Assembly: GCA_031394355.1 (NCBI GenBank) | Contig: JANNSU010000023.1 | Location: 6,548-70,547, forward strand | Origin: Betaproteobacteria bacterium | Lineage (GTDB): Bacteria > Pseudomonadota > Gammaproteobacteria > Burkholderiales > Usitatibacteraceae | DNA: 64,000 nucleotides | Reading direction: 5' to 3' | In this document: piece by piece, positions 10,018 to 18,746 of the stretch | Numbering within the stretch: position 1 is the first letter of the stretch | Layout of the letters: the number at the start of each line of letters is the position of its first letter | Translations under genes and position numbers: made by a program | Notes under the pieces: model-generated | The model's input: the letters and a program-made list of their open reading frames with translations, nothing else | Told to the model about the DNA's origin: nothing | Databases searched by the model: none

Positions 10018-10029
10018 TGCGAATATTCG
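10018..10029. repeat. GCGAATATTCGC palindrome, exact (14-bp form)
   Basis: Divergent intergenic region 9799..10134. Confidence 0.95.
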
Positions 10030-10134
10030 CACTTCCCGTGACGCGGGCAGTGCTTGCGCTGCTGGCTTTGCACTGTGCCGCTGTGGTATCTGTTCTCGAT
10101 TGCATCACCACCAACCCACATACTGCCCATCACC

Positions 10135-10986
10135 ATGTACATCCCCGCCACATCGCCCCGTCGTCTGTTCGCCGCCATGCTTTGTGGCCTGCTTGTGTTG
10201 CCTGTCGTGGCTTTCGCCACCGACCCCGCGCCGGCCAAATCCGCCACCACCACGACCTACTACGCCGACGACCCGGCCAAGTGGGGTGCGCCCCTGGCCT
10301 GGCAGCCACCGGACTATCCGAAAGCCTTGCTGGCACAGCAGATCAGCGGCAAGGTGGATGCGTTGGTGACTGTGTCGCCCGAGGGCCGCATGACGGAGAT
10401 CACGGCCATGCGGTCGGCTCCGGCGCAGCCAGCATTCGAGGAGGCCGTGCGCGAGGCCATGCGTGGCTGGACCTTCACCAAGGCGATGGACGCGGCATGC
10501 AAGCCCGTTGCCACGCAAAGCCGCGTGCAGGTGCGGTTTGAGATGGTGGACGGCAAGCCCCAGGTGAACGTCGGCGCGGCACCCGCGGCCAATGTGCCCG
10601 GGCGGGTCTTTATCGAAGAGTTGAATCGCACCGAATTGCGCAAGGCGCTGGCGGAAAACTACCCCCGCGATGCCGTCCGCATGCGCAAGACGGGTGAGGT
10701 GCATGCGTTGCTGCATGTCGACGCGCGCTCGGGCGTGACCCAATCGGTCGACATCGTGGACGTGATGGCCGACAACGCGTCGTACAACCCCGAGCCCAGA
10801 ATGTTGCCCACCAGTGGGATGTCGCGCACGCCAACTCGCTCGTCACCGGCGTCCATCCAGTTCGCGTCGGTGGCGCGCGAGGAGCTGGCTGCGGCGCGCT
10901 TCAAGCCGGTTCTCGACGCGGGCGAGCCGGTCATCAATGTGTGTCGCAAGGTGACGTTTCATATGCGGGGTGTGAAACGCAATTGA
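10135..10986 (+). CDS. Secreted protein with two TonB C-terminal-like domains (paralog of 21819..22640)
   Basis: Signal peptide. PPDYPKALLAQQISGKVDALVTV ... and ENYPRDAVRMRKTGEVHALLHV resemble TonB_C folds. It lacks the TonB membrane anchor and Pro-rich spacer. Confidence 0.6.
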   Translation: MYIPATSPRRLFAAMLCGLLVLPVVAFATDPAPAKSATTTTYYADDPAKWGAPLAWQPPDYPKALLAQQISGKVDALVTVSPEGRMTEITAMRSAPAQPAFEEAVREAMRGWTFTKAMDAACKPVATQSRVQVRFEMVDGKPQVNVGAAPAANVPGRVFIEELNRTELRKALAENYPRDAVRMRKTGEVHALLHVDARSGVTQSVDIVDVMADNASYNPEPRMLPTSGMSRTPTRSSPASIQFASVAREELAAARFKPVLDAGEPVINVCRKVTFHMRGVKRN

Positions 10987-11107
10987 CGGCTCGCCCCTGC
11001 GAAGTGTCGCCATGATGAAGGTTGGGCTCGCCAGCATCAATTTGGCGATCCAACCCTGCATTCCCGCAACAGCGATAATGGCATCCTTGTTCATCCGAGG
11101 CTCTGCC

Positions 11108-12388
11108 ATGTCCCGCTCCGTATCCATCTGCCGCACCCTGCCGATACTCTTGCTCGCCTGCCTTGTTTCCATGCCCGCAATGGCGCGGATGGGGGCGATC
11201 CCGCCCGCATCGCGCACCACGGGCATCGCCTCCTTCAACATGGGCTGGGCGGGCACCCCGGCGGAATTCAGCAAGTATCTCGCGGTGTGTTCCGCCCCCG
11301 CCGTCAACTTCTGTGACACACGCGCGCGCATTGAGCGCGGCGCGACCGTGGCGACCGAAGCAGAGAAGGAACGGGCCGCCAAGTGCCAGGCGGCCACGCT
11401 CGCCGCAGCAGGCGGTCGCGATGCCTCGATGATGGTGGCGCCGTGCAACGCGTATCGTCCGCCGCGCGCTGCCCCAGGCCAGCCGCGCATGGACCCTGCT
11501 GCATCGCGCGAGCCAGCCGCCTATCAGGAGAAGATCAATCTGTTGACTGCCACCGTCGAGGGTCTCATCGCCAACGAGGGTGTGCGCGTCATCGCGTTTC
11601 AAGAGGTGAGCGGCACAGCGGTCATCAAGCTGGTGTTGGGCCAACACGCGGATAAATTCGACGTGTGCGCCGCGAAGCATCCCGCGTTGCAGACCCTCGC
11701 GTTCGCCTGGGACAAGTCGCTCTCGACCAAGCCCGGCGTGTGTGAGACCGAATCCGGCCTGTCCATGCTCGACCCGCCCAACGACCCCACTGCATTCCGC
11801 CGTGTGCGTCCTGGTCTGGCACTGTCGCTCAGCGTGAACGGCGAGCCGGTCACGTTCCTGAATGTGCATCTGAAGGCGGGCTGCGCCAGTGTCACGAATG
11901 ACGACGCGCGCTATCCCGGCCGTCTGCTGGATGATGCCGCCGATGCATGCGATGTGCTGAATCGACAGGTCGCGCCGCTGGAGGCGTGGCTGGAGTCGGC
12001 CGCGAAAGCCTCTCCGCGTTTCGTGTGGATGGGCGACTTCAACCGCCGAATCGACGATGAAGCGAAGCTGGCCGTGGCCAAGGACAAAGTGCGTGCGGAT
12101 GGCAGCGACCCGGCCAGCCCGAACAAGATCGTCAACGGCAAAGTGCCCACCCGATATCTCTGGCCGGAGCTGAACGATGGCACGCCGGTGCTGTCCCAGA
12201 TTCCGCTGTCGACAAAGGAAGGTGGCTGCACGGGCTTCACCGGTCTGGACCACATTGTCATCAGCGAGGCGCTGAAGAAGCTCAACGAAGGTGTCGTGTT
12301 CTCGAAGAAGATTGCGGTAGCTGAAAAAGCAGGCCAGGCCATCGAGACCAGTGATCACTGTCCGCGTATCGCGCAGTTGAAGTTGTAG
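11108..12388 (+). CDS. Secreted endonuclease/exonuclease/phosphatase (EEP) family protein
   Basis: Signal peptide MSRSVSICRTLPILLLACLVSMPAMA. EEP motifs IAFQEV, NVHLKAG, GDFNRR and SDHCP. Confidence 0.75.
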   Translation: MSRSVSICRTLPILLLACLVSMPAMARMGAIPPASRTTGIASFNMGWAGTPAEFSKYLAVCSAPAVNFCDTRARIERGATVATEAEKERAAKCQAATLAAAGGRDASMMVAPCNAYRPPRAAPGQPRMDPAASREPAAYQEKINLLTATVEGLIANEGVRVIAFQEVSGTAVIKLVLGQHADKFDVCAAKHPALQTLAFAWDKSLSTKPGVCETESGLSMLDPPNDPTAFRRVRPGLALSLSVNGEPVTFLNVHLKAGCASVTNDDARYPGRLLDDAADACDVLNRQVAPLEAWLESAAKASPRFVWMGDFNRRIDDEAKLAVAKDKVRADGSDPASPNKIVNGKVPTRYLWPELNDGTPVLSQIPLSTKEGGCTGFTGLDHIVISEALKKLNEGVVFSKKIAVAEKAGQAIETSDHCPRIAQLKL

Positions 12389-12396
12389 ATAACGCT

Positions 12397-12408
12397 GCGA
12401 ATATTCGC
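12397..12408. repeat. GCGAATATTCGC palindrome, exact (14-bp form)
   Basis: 9 nt after the EEP nuclease stop and 30 nt before the tdk start. Confidence 0.95.
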
Positions 12409-12437
12409 ATTCTCTTCACATCACCAAGGATGCAGGT

Positions 12438-13004
12438 TTGGCCAAGCTCTATTTCCGATTCGCCGCGATGAACGCGGGCAAGTCCACCGCGCTCATCCAG
12501 GTGGCACATAACTATGGCGAGCGCGAGCAGTCGGTCGATCTGTTCACGGCTGCGCTGGATAGTCGCGATGGCGTCGGTGTCATCAGTTCCAGGCTAGGCG
12601 TTAAGCGCGAGGCACAGACGTTCGATGCGGACACGGATTTTGCGGCCCTCTATCGAGAGCGCCCGCTGCCATCATGCATTCTCATCGACGAGGCCCAGTT
12701 CCTGAGCGAGGCGCAGGTTGTTCAGCTGCATCGCCTCGCGCACACCACACCTACGCCTGTCATCTGCTACGGCTTGCGCAGCGACTTCATCGGTGCTGCG
12801 TTCCCCGGATCACGCGCGCTGCTGACACTGGCGGACGATCTGGAAGAGATGAAGACCATCTGTCGTTGCGGGCGCAAGGCCACGATGAACGTGCGGCTGG
12901 ACGCCGAGGGCAATCGTGTGACGCAGGGCGACCAGGTCGAGATCGGCGGCAACGATCGCTATGAAGCGGTCTGCGCGCGACGGTTCTACAAGGGAACATG
13001 TTGA
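12438..13004 (+). CDS. tdk: Thymidine kinase
   Basis: 188 aa. P-loop MNAGKSTALIQ, IDEAQF, and zinc ribbon CRCGRKAT ... YEAVCARRF. TTG start with AAGGA 7 nt upstream. Confidence 0.9.
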   Translation: MAKLYFRFAAMNAGKSTALIQVAHNYGEREQSVDLFTAALDSRDGVGVISSRLGVKREAQTFDADTDFAALYRERPLPSCILIDEAQFLSEAQVVQLHRLAHTTPTPVICYGLRSDFIGAAFPGSRALLTLADDLEEMKTICRCGRKATMNVRLDAEGNRVTQGDQVEIGGNDRYEAVCARRFYKGTC

Positions 13005-13124
13005 GAACCGCATTGGTCTGCTGAATCAGCTTCTCGACTAGCCTTCCCCGCGTCGAGTCGGCACGATACCGGCGTCTCGATCCGGCTTGCGGTTCGATTT
13101 TGTGTCCTCACTTCCGCCTTTCAT

Positions 13125-13136
13125 GCGACTATTCGC
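13125..13136. repeat. Palindrome variant GCGACTATTCGC (11/12)
   Basis: Intergenic, upstream of the CYTH/CHAD gene. Confidence 0.6.
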
Positions 13137-13166
13137 ACCGCCCCATTCAGACTGCCCGCTCTGACC

Positions 13167-14684
13167 ATGGAAATCGAACTCAAGCTGACGCTGGACCCCG
13201 CCGCTGTCCGCGCACTCAAGGCCAGCCCTGTCCTCGCGTCGATCCGTCCCTCGCGACAGCGCGTGGTCAATTGGTATTTCGACACGCCGGACTGCCTGCT
13301 CGCGCGTTCGCGCGTGGCGCTCAGGCTGCGCAAGGCGGGGCGGCGCTGGCTGCAGACGCTGAAAGCCGGCGGGAGCGTTTCCGGCGGGCTGCATCAGCGC
13401 GAGGAATGGGAGTATCCGCTCCCCGACGCGACACTGGATCTGGCGCTCTTCCGTGACACCCCGTTGGCAGCGCTGAACGAGGCAGGCGCCTTGCACGAAA
13501 AGCTGACGCCGGCGTTCGTCACCGATTTCATGCGGACCCGCTGGATCGTCGAGCCAGCGCCGGGGCAGCGTATCGAGGTCGCGCTGGATGTGGGCGATAT
13601 CCGGGTTGCAGAGCGTGTCGAGCGGGTGTGTGAGCTTGAGCTGGAGTTGCTGGAGGGTACGCCTGACGCACTGATTGCGCTGGGCCGCACGCTGGCCGCA
13701 GCGCATCCCCTGATGCCCGCCCGGGCAAGCAAGGCAGAACGAGGTTACCGCCTCTTCCGGGCCGATTCCGTGGCCGCTGTGAAAGCCAGGCCGGTCAGGC
13801 TGGAACCAAAGTGGCCGCCGGTGCGCGCGCTGCAGGCGTTTGTGCTGACGGGGCTGGACCACTTCCTCGCCAACAACGAAGGCGCGATGGTGCGGGATGA
13901 TCCGGAGTTCATCCACCAGTTGCGGGTCGCGCTGCGTCGCCTGCGATCGGTGCTGCGTATGTTCAAGGTGGGCGGTGATTTCAACGTCGAGCTGAAATGG
14001 CTGGCGGGCGCGCTGAGCGATGCCCGCGATTGGGATGTGTTCGCGGCCGAGGTCTGGCCGCCGCTTTCTGCTGCCTTCATCGCCGCAGGTGGCGACCGCG
14101 CAGCGCTGGACGAGGTGGCGGAGCGGGAGCGTATTGCGGGCCAGCGCGCACGGGAGAGTGCCCGCATCGCGCTGGCGTCGCCGCGTACGGCGCTGCTGCT
14201 TTTGTCGCTCATGCAATTGGCCACAGATGCGGATCCGATTGGCCTTCACAGGGTGGCGCAGGTCGAAGGCGCCGAAGCCCTGTTTGAACCGCTGCCCGAA
14301 TTCGCGTCACGGCAGATCCGCCGCCGTCATAAACGGCTGCTGCGGCAGGCGCATGGGCTGGCTGTGATGGCCGCCGAGGCGCGCCATGAGGTGCGCATCG
14401 AGGCCAAGAAGCTGCGCTATGCGGTGGATTTTTTCGCGGGCCTCTACCGACGAGACCGCACTGAACCTTATCTCGCTGCGCTGGCCTCCATTCAGGAAGT
14501 CATGGGTGAGGCCAATGACGCCGCGACTGCATTGAGGCTGCTGGGACAACTCGAGCCCGCCGAGCCGCTGCGCCTCTTTGCCCAAGGCTGGTTCGCAGCC
14601 CAGGCCCGGGCGCACGCAGACGAGGTGGACCGGCACTTTGACCAGCTTGCGTCCGTGCGGCGCTTCTGGCGGGGTGAGGCCTAG
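13167..14684 (+). CDS. CYTH and CHAD domain protein (inorganic triphosphatase-like)
   Basis: N-terminal MEIELKLTL (the CYTH ExExK motif). C-terminal helical region with HQLRVALRRLRS and HEVRIEAKKLRY, typical of CHAD. Confidence 0.8.
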   Translation: MEIELKLTLDPAAVRALKASPVLASIRPSRQRVVNWYFDTPDCLLARSRVALRLRKAGRRWLQTLKAGGSVSGGLHQREEWEYPLPDATLDLALFRDTPLAALNEAGALHEKLTPAFVTDFMRTRWIVEPAPGQRIEVALDVGDIRVAERVERVCELELELLEGTPDALIALGRTLAAAHPLMPARASKAERGYRLFRADSVAAVKARPVRLEPKWPPVRALQAFVLTGLDHFLANNEGAMVRDDPEFIHQLRVALRRLRSVLRMFKVGGDFNVELKWLAGALSDARDWDVFAAEVWPPLSAAFIAAGGDRAALDEVAERERIAGQRARESARIALASPRTALLLLSLMQLATDADPIGLHRVAQVEGAEALFEPLPEFASRQIRRRHKRLLRQAHGLAVMAAEARHEVRIEAKKLRYAVDFFAGLYRRDRTEPYLAALASIQEVMGEANDAATALRLLGQLEPAEPLRLFAQGWFAAQARAHADEVDRHFDQLASVRRFWRGEA

Positions 14685-14851
14685 CCCTTACTTAGGCCTT
14701 CACCCTTCGCGACGCCTCGCAGCGGCAGGCCGGTTGAATCCCGAAGTCCCCGGACAGCGAGGCCGTGCGACACTTCGTGTGACGCCGCTATCGCGCAGGT
14801 TGCGCTGACGCCGATTGCAGGCGAAGTCATCAACACCAAGGAAACGAACCA

Positions 14852-15295
14852 ATGAAACCGACTCTGTTGCTGTGCCTGATGTCCATCGTCACGGTGCTGG
14901 GGTGCGCACAAGTGCCCACCACAGGGACACAGTCCGTCGACGCGAATACGGCAGAGTGCCACCGGCGCATGCAGGCCGAAGGGCAGGACATTTCCAAACC
15001 GAAGGGTGCCAGTCGTCTGCAGTATTGCCTGGAGACGATCCAGCAAGAGGCCGCCATGCCACGGTTGGATGCAGATGTTGCGGCGTCGATGAAAGCTTTC
15101 GGTGCCTGCAAGGCCGAGGCAGCGACGCGAAACCTCTCCCTTGATGCGCACCAGACGGCGATTTCAGATTGTGCTCGCCGTCATGGGGGCGTGCGTGGCC
15201 AGAGCTGCATCAGCCAGTTGTTGTTGCAGAAAGTAAGGCTCAGCGCGCTGGAAACCGAGCTGGCGTTTTGCATGCAGAACGCGCCGAAGCAATGA
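14852..15295 (+). CDS. Hypothetical lipoprotein
   Basis: MKPTLLLCLMSIVTVLGC lipobox. 147 aa, several Cys, no family recognised. Confidence 0.55.
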   Translation: MKPTLLLCLMSIVTVLGCAQVPTTGTQSVDANTAECHRRMQAEGQDISKPKGASRLQYCLETIQQEAAMPRLDADVAASMKAFGACKAEAATRNLSLDAHQTAISDCARRHGGVRGQSCISQLLLQKVRLSALETELAFCMQNAPKQ

Positions 15296-15395
15296 GAGCC
15301 ACCGCAGGAATGACATGCGCCAACCAACAATCCGGAGACTGCCCGCCAGGGGTTGCGTCTGACCCGTTCGGCATCGTTGCGCGAAAGGCCGCCGA

Positions 15396-16268
15396 ATGAG
15401 GGTCCTGCTATTTGGATTGCTGCAAAGTGTTGGCGGTTGGCTCGCCACGGCAGCGGGCCTGGCCTGGATGTTTAATACGCTGGGTGACGTACCCTGGTCC
15501 GCCGCCGTTGGTATCGCGCTCGTCGCCGGATTGTTTGTCTGGGTGGCGACCGGATTTTTTGCCGGGGCGCTCAGTCGGCTGCGCGAGCGGGCGACCATCC
15601 TTGCGGGTCACGCCGGGCGCATGCCCAAGGATGGACAGCACACCGTGCTCTCGGGCAAGATTGTGCCGACTGGCGCGCCGCTGACGGCACCCATGGATGG
15701 CGCAGCGTGTGTCATGTACACCTATGAAGTCATCCATGACTCGGGCACGGGTCGACGGCGCAGCATCATGACGATCGCGCGTGGCGTCGCGTTGACCGCC
15801 TGCCGCATCGTGACGGCAAGCGGCGGTCACCGGCTGCTTGCAGTGCCCACCATCATCGGACTGTCACCGGCGAACGGTAGTGAAGATCGGCTGACACGGT
15901 TCATGGCGTATGTGCGCCGCACGACATTCATTTCTGCAGATGCGTCGGCAAAAGAATTGCTGCAGCAATGGGCTGACGACGACGGCGTGTACCGCAGCGA
16001 TGTCGCCTTCGCGCCGCTCGACAATGCGGATGGCCGACTCTGGACATTGAGACAACAGTGTGTGCCAGCGGGCGTGACCGTGTGCGTGTTTGGCGACTAC
16101 TCGGAGGCGAAGGGCGGGATCGTGCCCACCGCTGCAGCACCGGTGCGCGTGCTGGTAGGTGATGTGACGGAGATTGCAGGAGCGCTGCTGCGGCAGGCGA
16201 GGAACTGGATCATCGTGGGCATTTGCGTGCTGGGTTTGCCTGCGATCATCGTCTGGTTGAATCACTGA
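15396..16268 (+). CDS. Hypothetical membrane protein
   Basis: 290 aa with two N-terminal and one C-terminal hydrophobic helices. No family confidently recognised. Confidence 0.5.
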   Translation: MRVLLFGLLQSVGGWLATAAGLAWMFNTLGDVPWSAAVGIALVAGLFVWVATGFFAGALSRLRERATILAGHAGRMPKDGQHTVLSGKIVPTGAPLTAPMDGAACVMYTYEVIHDSGTGRRRSIMTIARGVALTACRIVTASGGHRLLAVPTIIGLSPANGSEDRLTRFMAYVRRTTFISADASAKELLQQWADDDGVYRSDVAFAPLDNADGRLWTLRQQCVPAGVTVCVFGDYSEAKGGIVPTAAAPVRVLVGDVTEIAGALLRQARNWIIVGICVLGLPAIIVWLNH

Positions 16269-16344
16269 GGCCGTTGGGTGTGGTCTGCGCAGGCTGAATC
16301 AATAATCTCAAGTACGAATCGCCTCAGGTTTCGCCAACGTATGA

Positions 16345-16719
16345 CTATGCGTTCCGCTGGTGATGGCCTGCCTTCCTGGTCTTCTTCTTCCCCTTCGTCA
16401 GTGACTTTGCCTTGAGCGCAGACTGTTCCGCCGCCGTCTCCGCCGCGATGCGGGCGTCAATGGCCTGTCGCCCTGCCCGGTTGCGGCGATAGGTCGGGTA
16501 CCACATGGCAAGAAACATCAAGGCGAGCCAGACCGCAAACCATCCCGGGAAGGCCCCCCAGCCCAGCACGGCATCGCTGAAGTGCCCGCCAGCGAGCTGG
16601 GCCATCACGCCAGTGATGATGACCAGAGCGCTCGCGAAATAATCGAGTCTGAAGCGAAGCCGGAACAGGAGCAGCATCCCGGGGAGGAGGACTGCAACAA
16701 GCGCAACGATTGCTTCCAT
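16345..16719 (-). CDS. Small hypothetical membrane protein with a basic C-terminal tail
   Basis: Internal start MEAIVALVAVLLPGMLLLF. About 4 hydrophobic segments and a Lys-rich C-terminus. Confidence 0.45.
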   Translation of the reverse strand: MEAIVALVAVLLPGMLLLFRLRFRLDYFASALVIITGVMAQLAGGHFSDAVLGWGAFPGWFAVWLALMFLAMWYPTYRRNRAGRQAIDARIAAETAAEQSALKAKSLTKGKKKTRKAGHHQRNA

Positions 16720-16971
16720 CTCACACGCTCCCGAACGATTGGCAAGGCAGCGGCGAAATGTGGAAGGCGGAAGACGGAAGGCATGCATTCCGGTGGCCGC
16801 GACTGCGAGGCAGATGATGCAGCGTCCTGACCGCAAGCGCAACGGCGCTCTATTGCCACCACTTTCCGCCGACTGGCCAGCTGTGGCGGCGACTTCAGCC
16901 AAACTTCGTCACAAACCGCCGCGCCACCTGTGCGAACATTATTCGTCCCCGCTACCGAGATGATCACGATC

Positions 16972-18645
16972 ATGAAGGTCCTGTCATTCATTCTGGCTGT
17001 ATTGCTCAGCGCCTCAACCAGCTTCTCTGCAAACGCGCAAGCGCTGCTCCCTGACAAGCGCGCGTTCCGCGCCCATGTCGAATTCCTTGCCGACGATTTG
17101 CTGGAGGGCCGCGAAACCGGGTCGCGCGGCTATGACATCGCGGCGAAATATGTCGCGAGCCAGTTCGCGCTGAATGGTGCGGTGCCCATGGGTGACCGCA
17201 ACGGTGAAAGCGAAGGCGGTAGCCGCAGCTATTTGCAAGCCATTCCGTTTCGCGCGTCCAATCTGGATCTGACCTCGCCTGTGCTGGAGCTGCGGGCCAA
17301 GGATGGCAGTGTGGAGCGCTGGACATTCACCGAGGATTACTACGCCTTCTCCAGCCTCCACAAGACTGAGGATGCTGTCACGGCACCGCTGGTCTATGTG
17401 GGCCATGGCATCGTTGCCCCCCGCTTCGGCATTGATGACTACGCCGGTCTGGACGTGAAGGGCAAGCTGGTCGTGATGCTCGCCGGGTCGCCCAATGTTC
17501 TGCCCAGCGAGGAAGGGGCGCACTATGCCAGCGGACTGTTGAAGCGAGACATGGCGCGCGCCCGCGGGGCGGTCGGCATCATCAGCCTGCAGACACCTGT
17601 GAGTGAAATGGTCTTCCCGTTCGTGCTGGGCAAGCAGTACCTGGGCAGCACCCGCTATGCCTGGCTGGATCGGCAAGGCCAGCCTGGCCGCTTTCCTGCC
17701 GACATGAGCCCGGGTGCCTCGTTGAGCATGAAGGCGGCGGACAAGCTCCTGGCGCGTGCTGGCACCACGTTGGCTGATGTGGTGGCTGCTGCCCATGACA
17801 AGAAGCCGCCAGCTCGGCTGGATTTCGGTGCCACTGCGCACATCGCGCAGAAGAGTGTGCTGAAGGATGTGACGAGCAGCAACGTGGTGGCGGTCATTCC
17901 CGGCAGCGACCCTGTGCTGAAGGACGAGTACGTCGTCTTCATGGCCCATCTTGATCACATCGGCATCTCGACACAGCCCGGCCTGAAGCCCGGCGATGAT
18001 CGCATCAACAACGGTGCCCTCGACAATGCGACCGGCATCGCCACGTTGATCGAAGCTGCGCGAATATTCGCAAGTGGTACGGAAAAACCGAAACGCAGCA
18101 TCATGCTGCTTGCCGTGACAGGTGAGGAGAAGGGCCTCGTCGGCTCAGACTATTTCGCCTTGTTCCCCACAGTCGAGAAGGCAAAGATTGCTGCGGTCAT
18201 CAATCTCGACATGCCGCTCCTGCTGTTCGATTTCCGGGACGTGATCGCCTTCGGCATCGAGCAGTCCACGATGGACGGGCCGACTAAGCGAGCCGCGGAA
18301 AAGAACGGCCTGTCGCTCACGCCCGACCCCTGGCCCAACCAGCGCATCTTTACGCGCTCGGACCAGTACTCGTTCGTGCGCGAGGGCATTCCCGCCATCT
18401 ATCTCACCCTGGGTATCCACTCGCGCCAGAAGGACGGCGAGGGCCAGACCGTTTTCAACACGTTCATGCAGAAGTACTACCACCGGCCAACCGATGACTT
18501 GAGTCTGCCGATTCATTGGGACGCGGCGGTGCGCTTCGTTCAGCTCAACGTGGATATCTGCCGGGAGATTGCCAATGCGCCGGAACGGCCCAAGTGGCGG
18601 CCGGGGAATTTCTTTGCCGATACATTCGGAAGTCAGAAGAAGTAG
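16972..18645 (+). CDS. Secreted M28 family aminopeptidase with PA domain
   Basis: Signal peptide MKVLSFILAVLLSASTSFSANA. Motifs FMAHLDH, NGALDNATG and VTGEEKGLVGS are typical of M28. Contains one palindrome copy (RIFA). Confidence 0.8.
   Translation: MKVLSFILAVLLSASTSFSANAQALLPDKRAFRAHVEFLADDLLEGRETGSRGYDIAAKYVASQFALNGAVPMGDRNGESEGGSRSYLQAIPFRASNLDLTSPVLELRAKDGSVERWTFTEDYYAFSSLHKTEDAVTAPLVYVGHGIVAPRFGIDDYAGLDVKGKLVVMLAGSPNVLPSEEGAHYASGLLKRDMARARGAVGIISLQTPVSEMVFPFVLGKQYLGSTRYAWLDRQGQPGRFPADMSPGASLSMKAADKLLARAGTTLADVVAAAHDKKPPARLDFGATAHIAQKSVLKDVTSSNVVAVIPGSDPVLKDEYVVFMAHLDHIGISTQPGLKPGDDRINNGALDNATGIATLIEAARIFASGTEKPKRSIMLLAVTGEEKGLVGSDYFALFPTVEKAKIAAVINLDMPLLLFDFRDVIAFGIEQSTMDGPTKRAAEKNGLSLTPDPWPNQRIFTRSDQYSFVREGIPAIYLTLGIHSRQKDGEGQTVFNTFMQKYYHRPTDDLSLPIHWDAAVRFVQLNVDICREIANAPERPKWRPGNFFADTFGSQKK
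18060..18071. repeat. GCGAATATTCGC palindrome, exact, inside a CDS
   Basis: In the M28 peptidase CDS, read as R-I-F-A. Confidence 0.95.
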
Positions 18646-18746
18646 TTTCTGCCACGGCTTCGGATCGCGTCCGTGCAGCGAGGGCACATGAGGCTTTTTC
18701 GGATGCTGGATTTGAAGACCTGGCCACAGCGCTGACTTCGCGCCGC

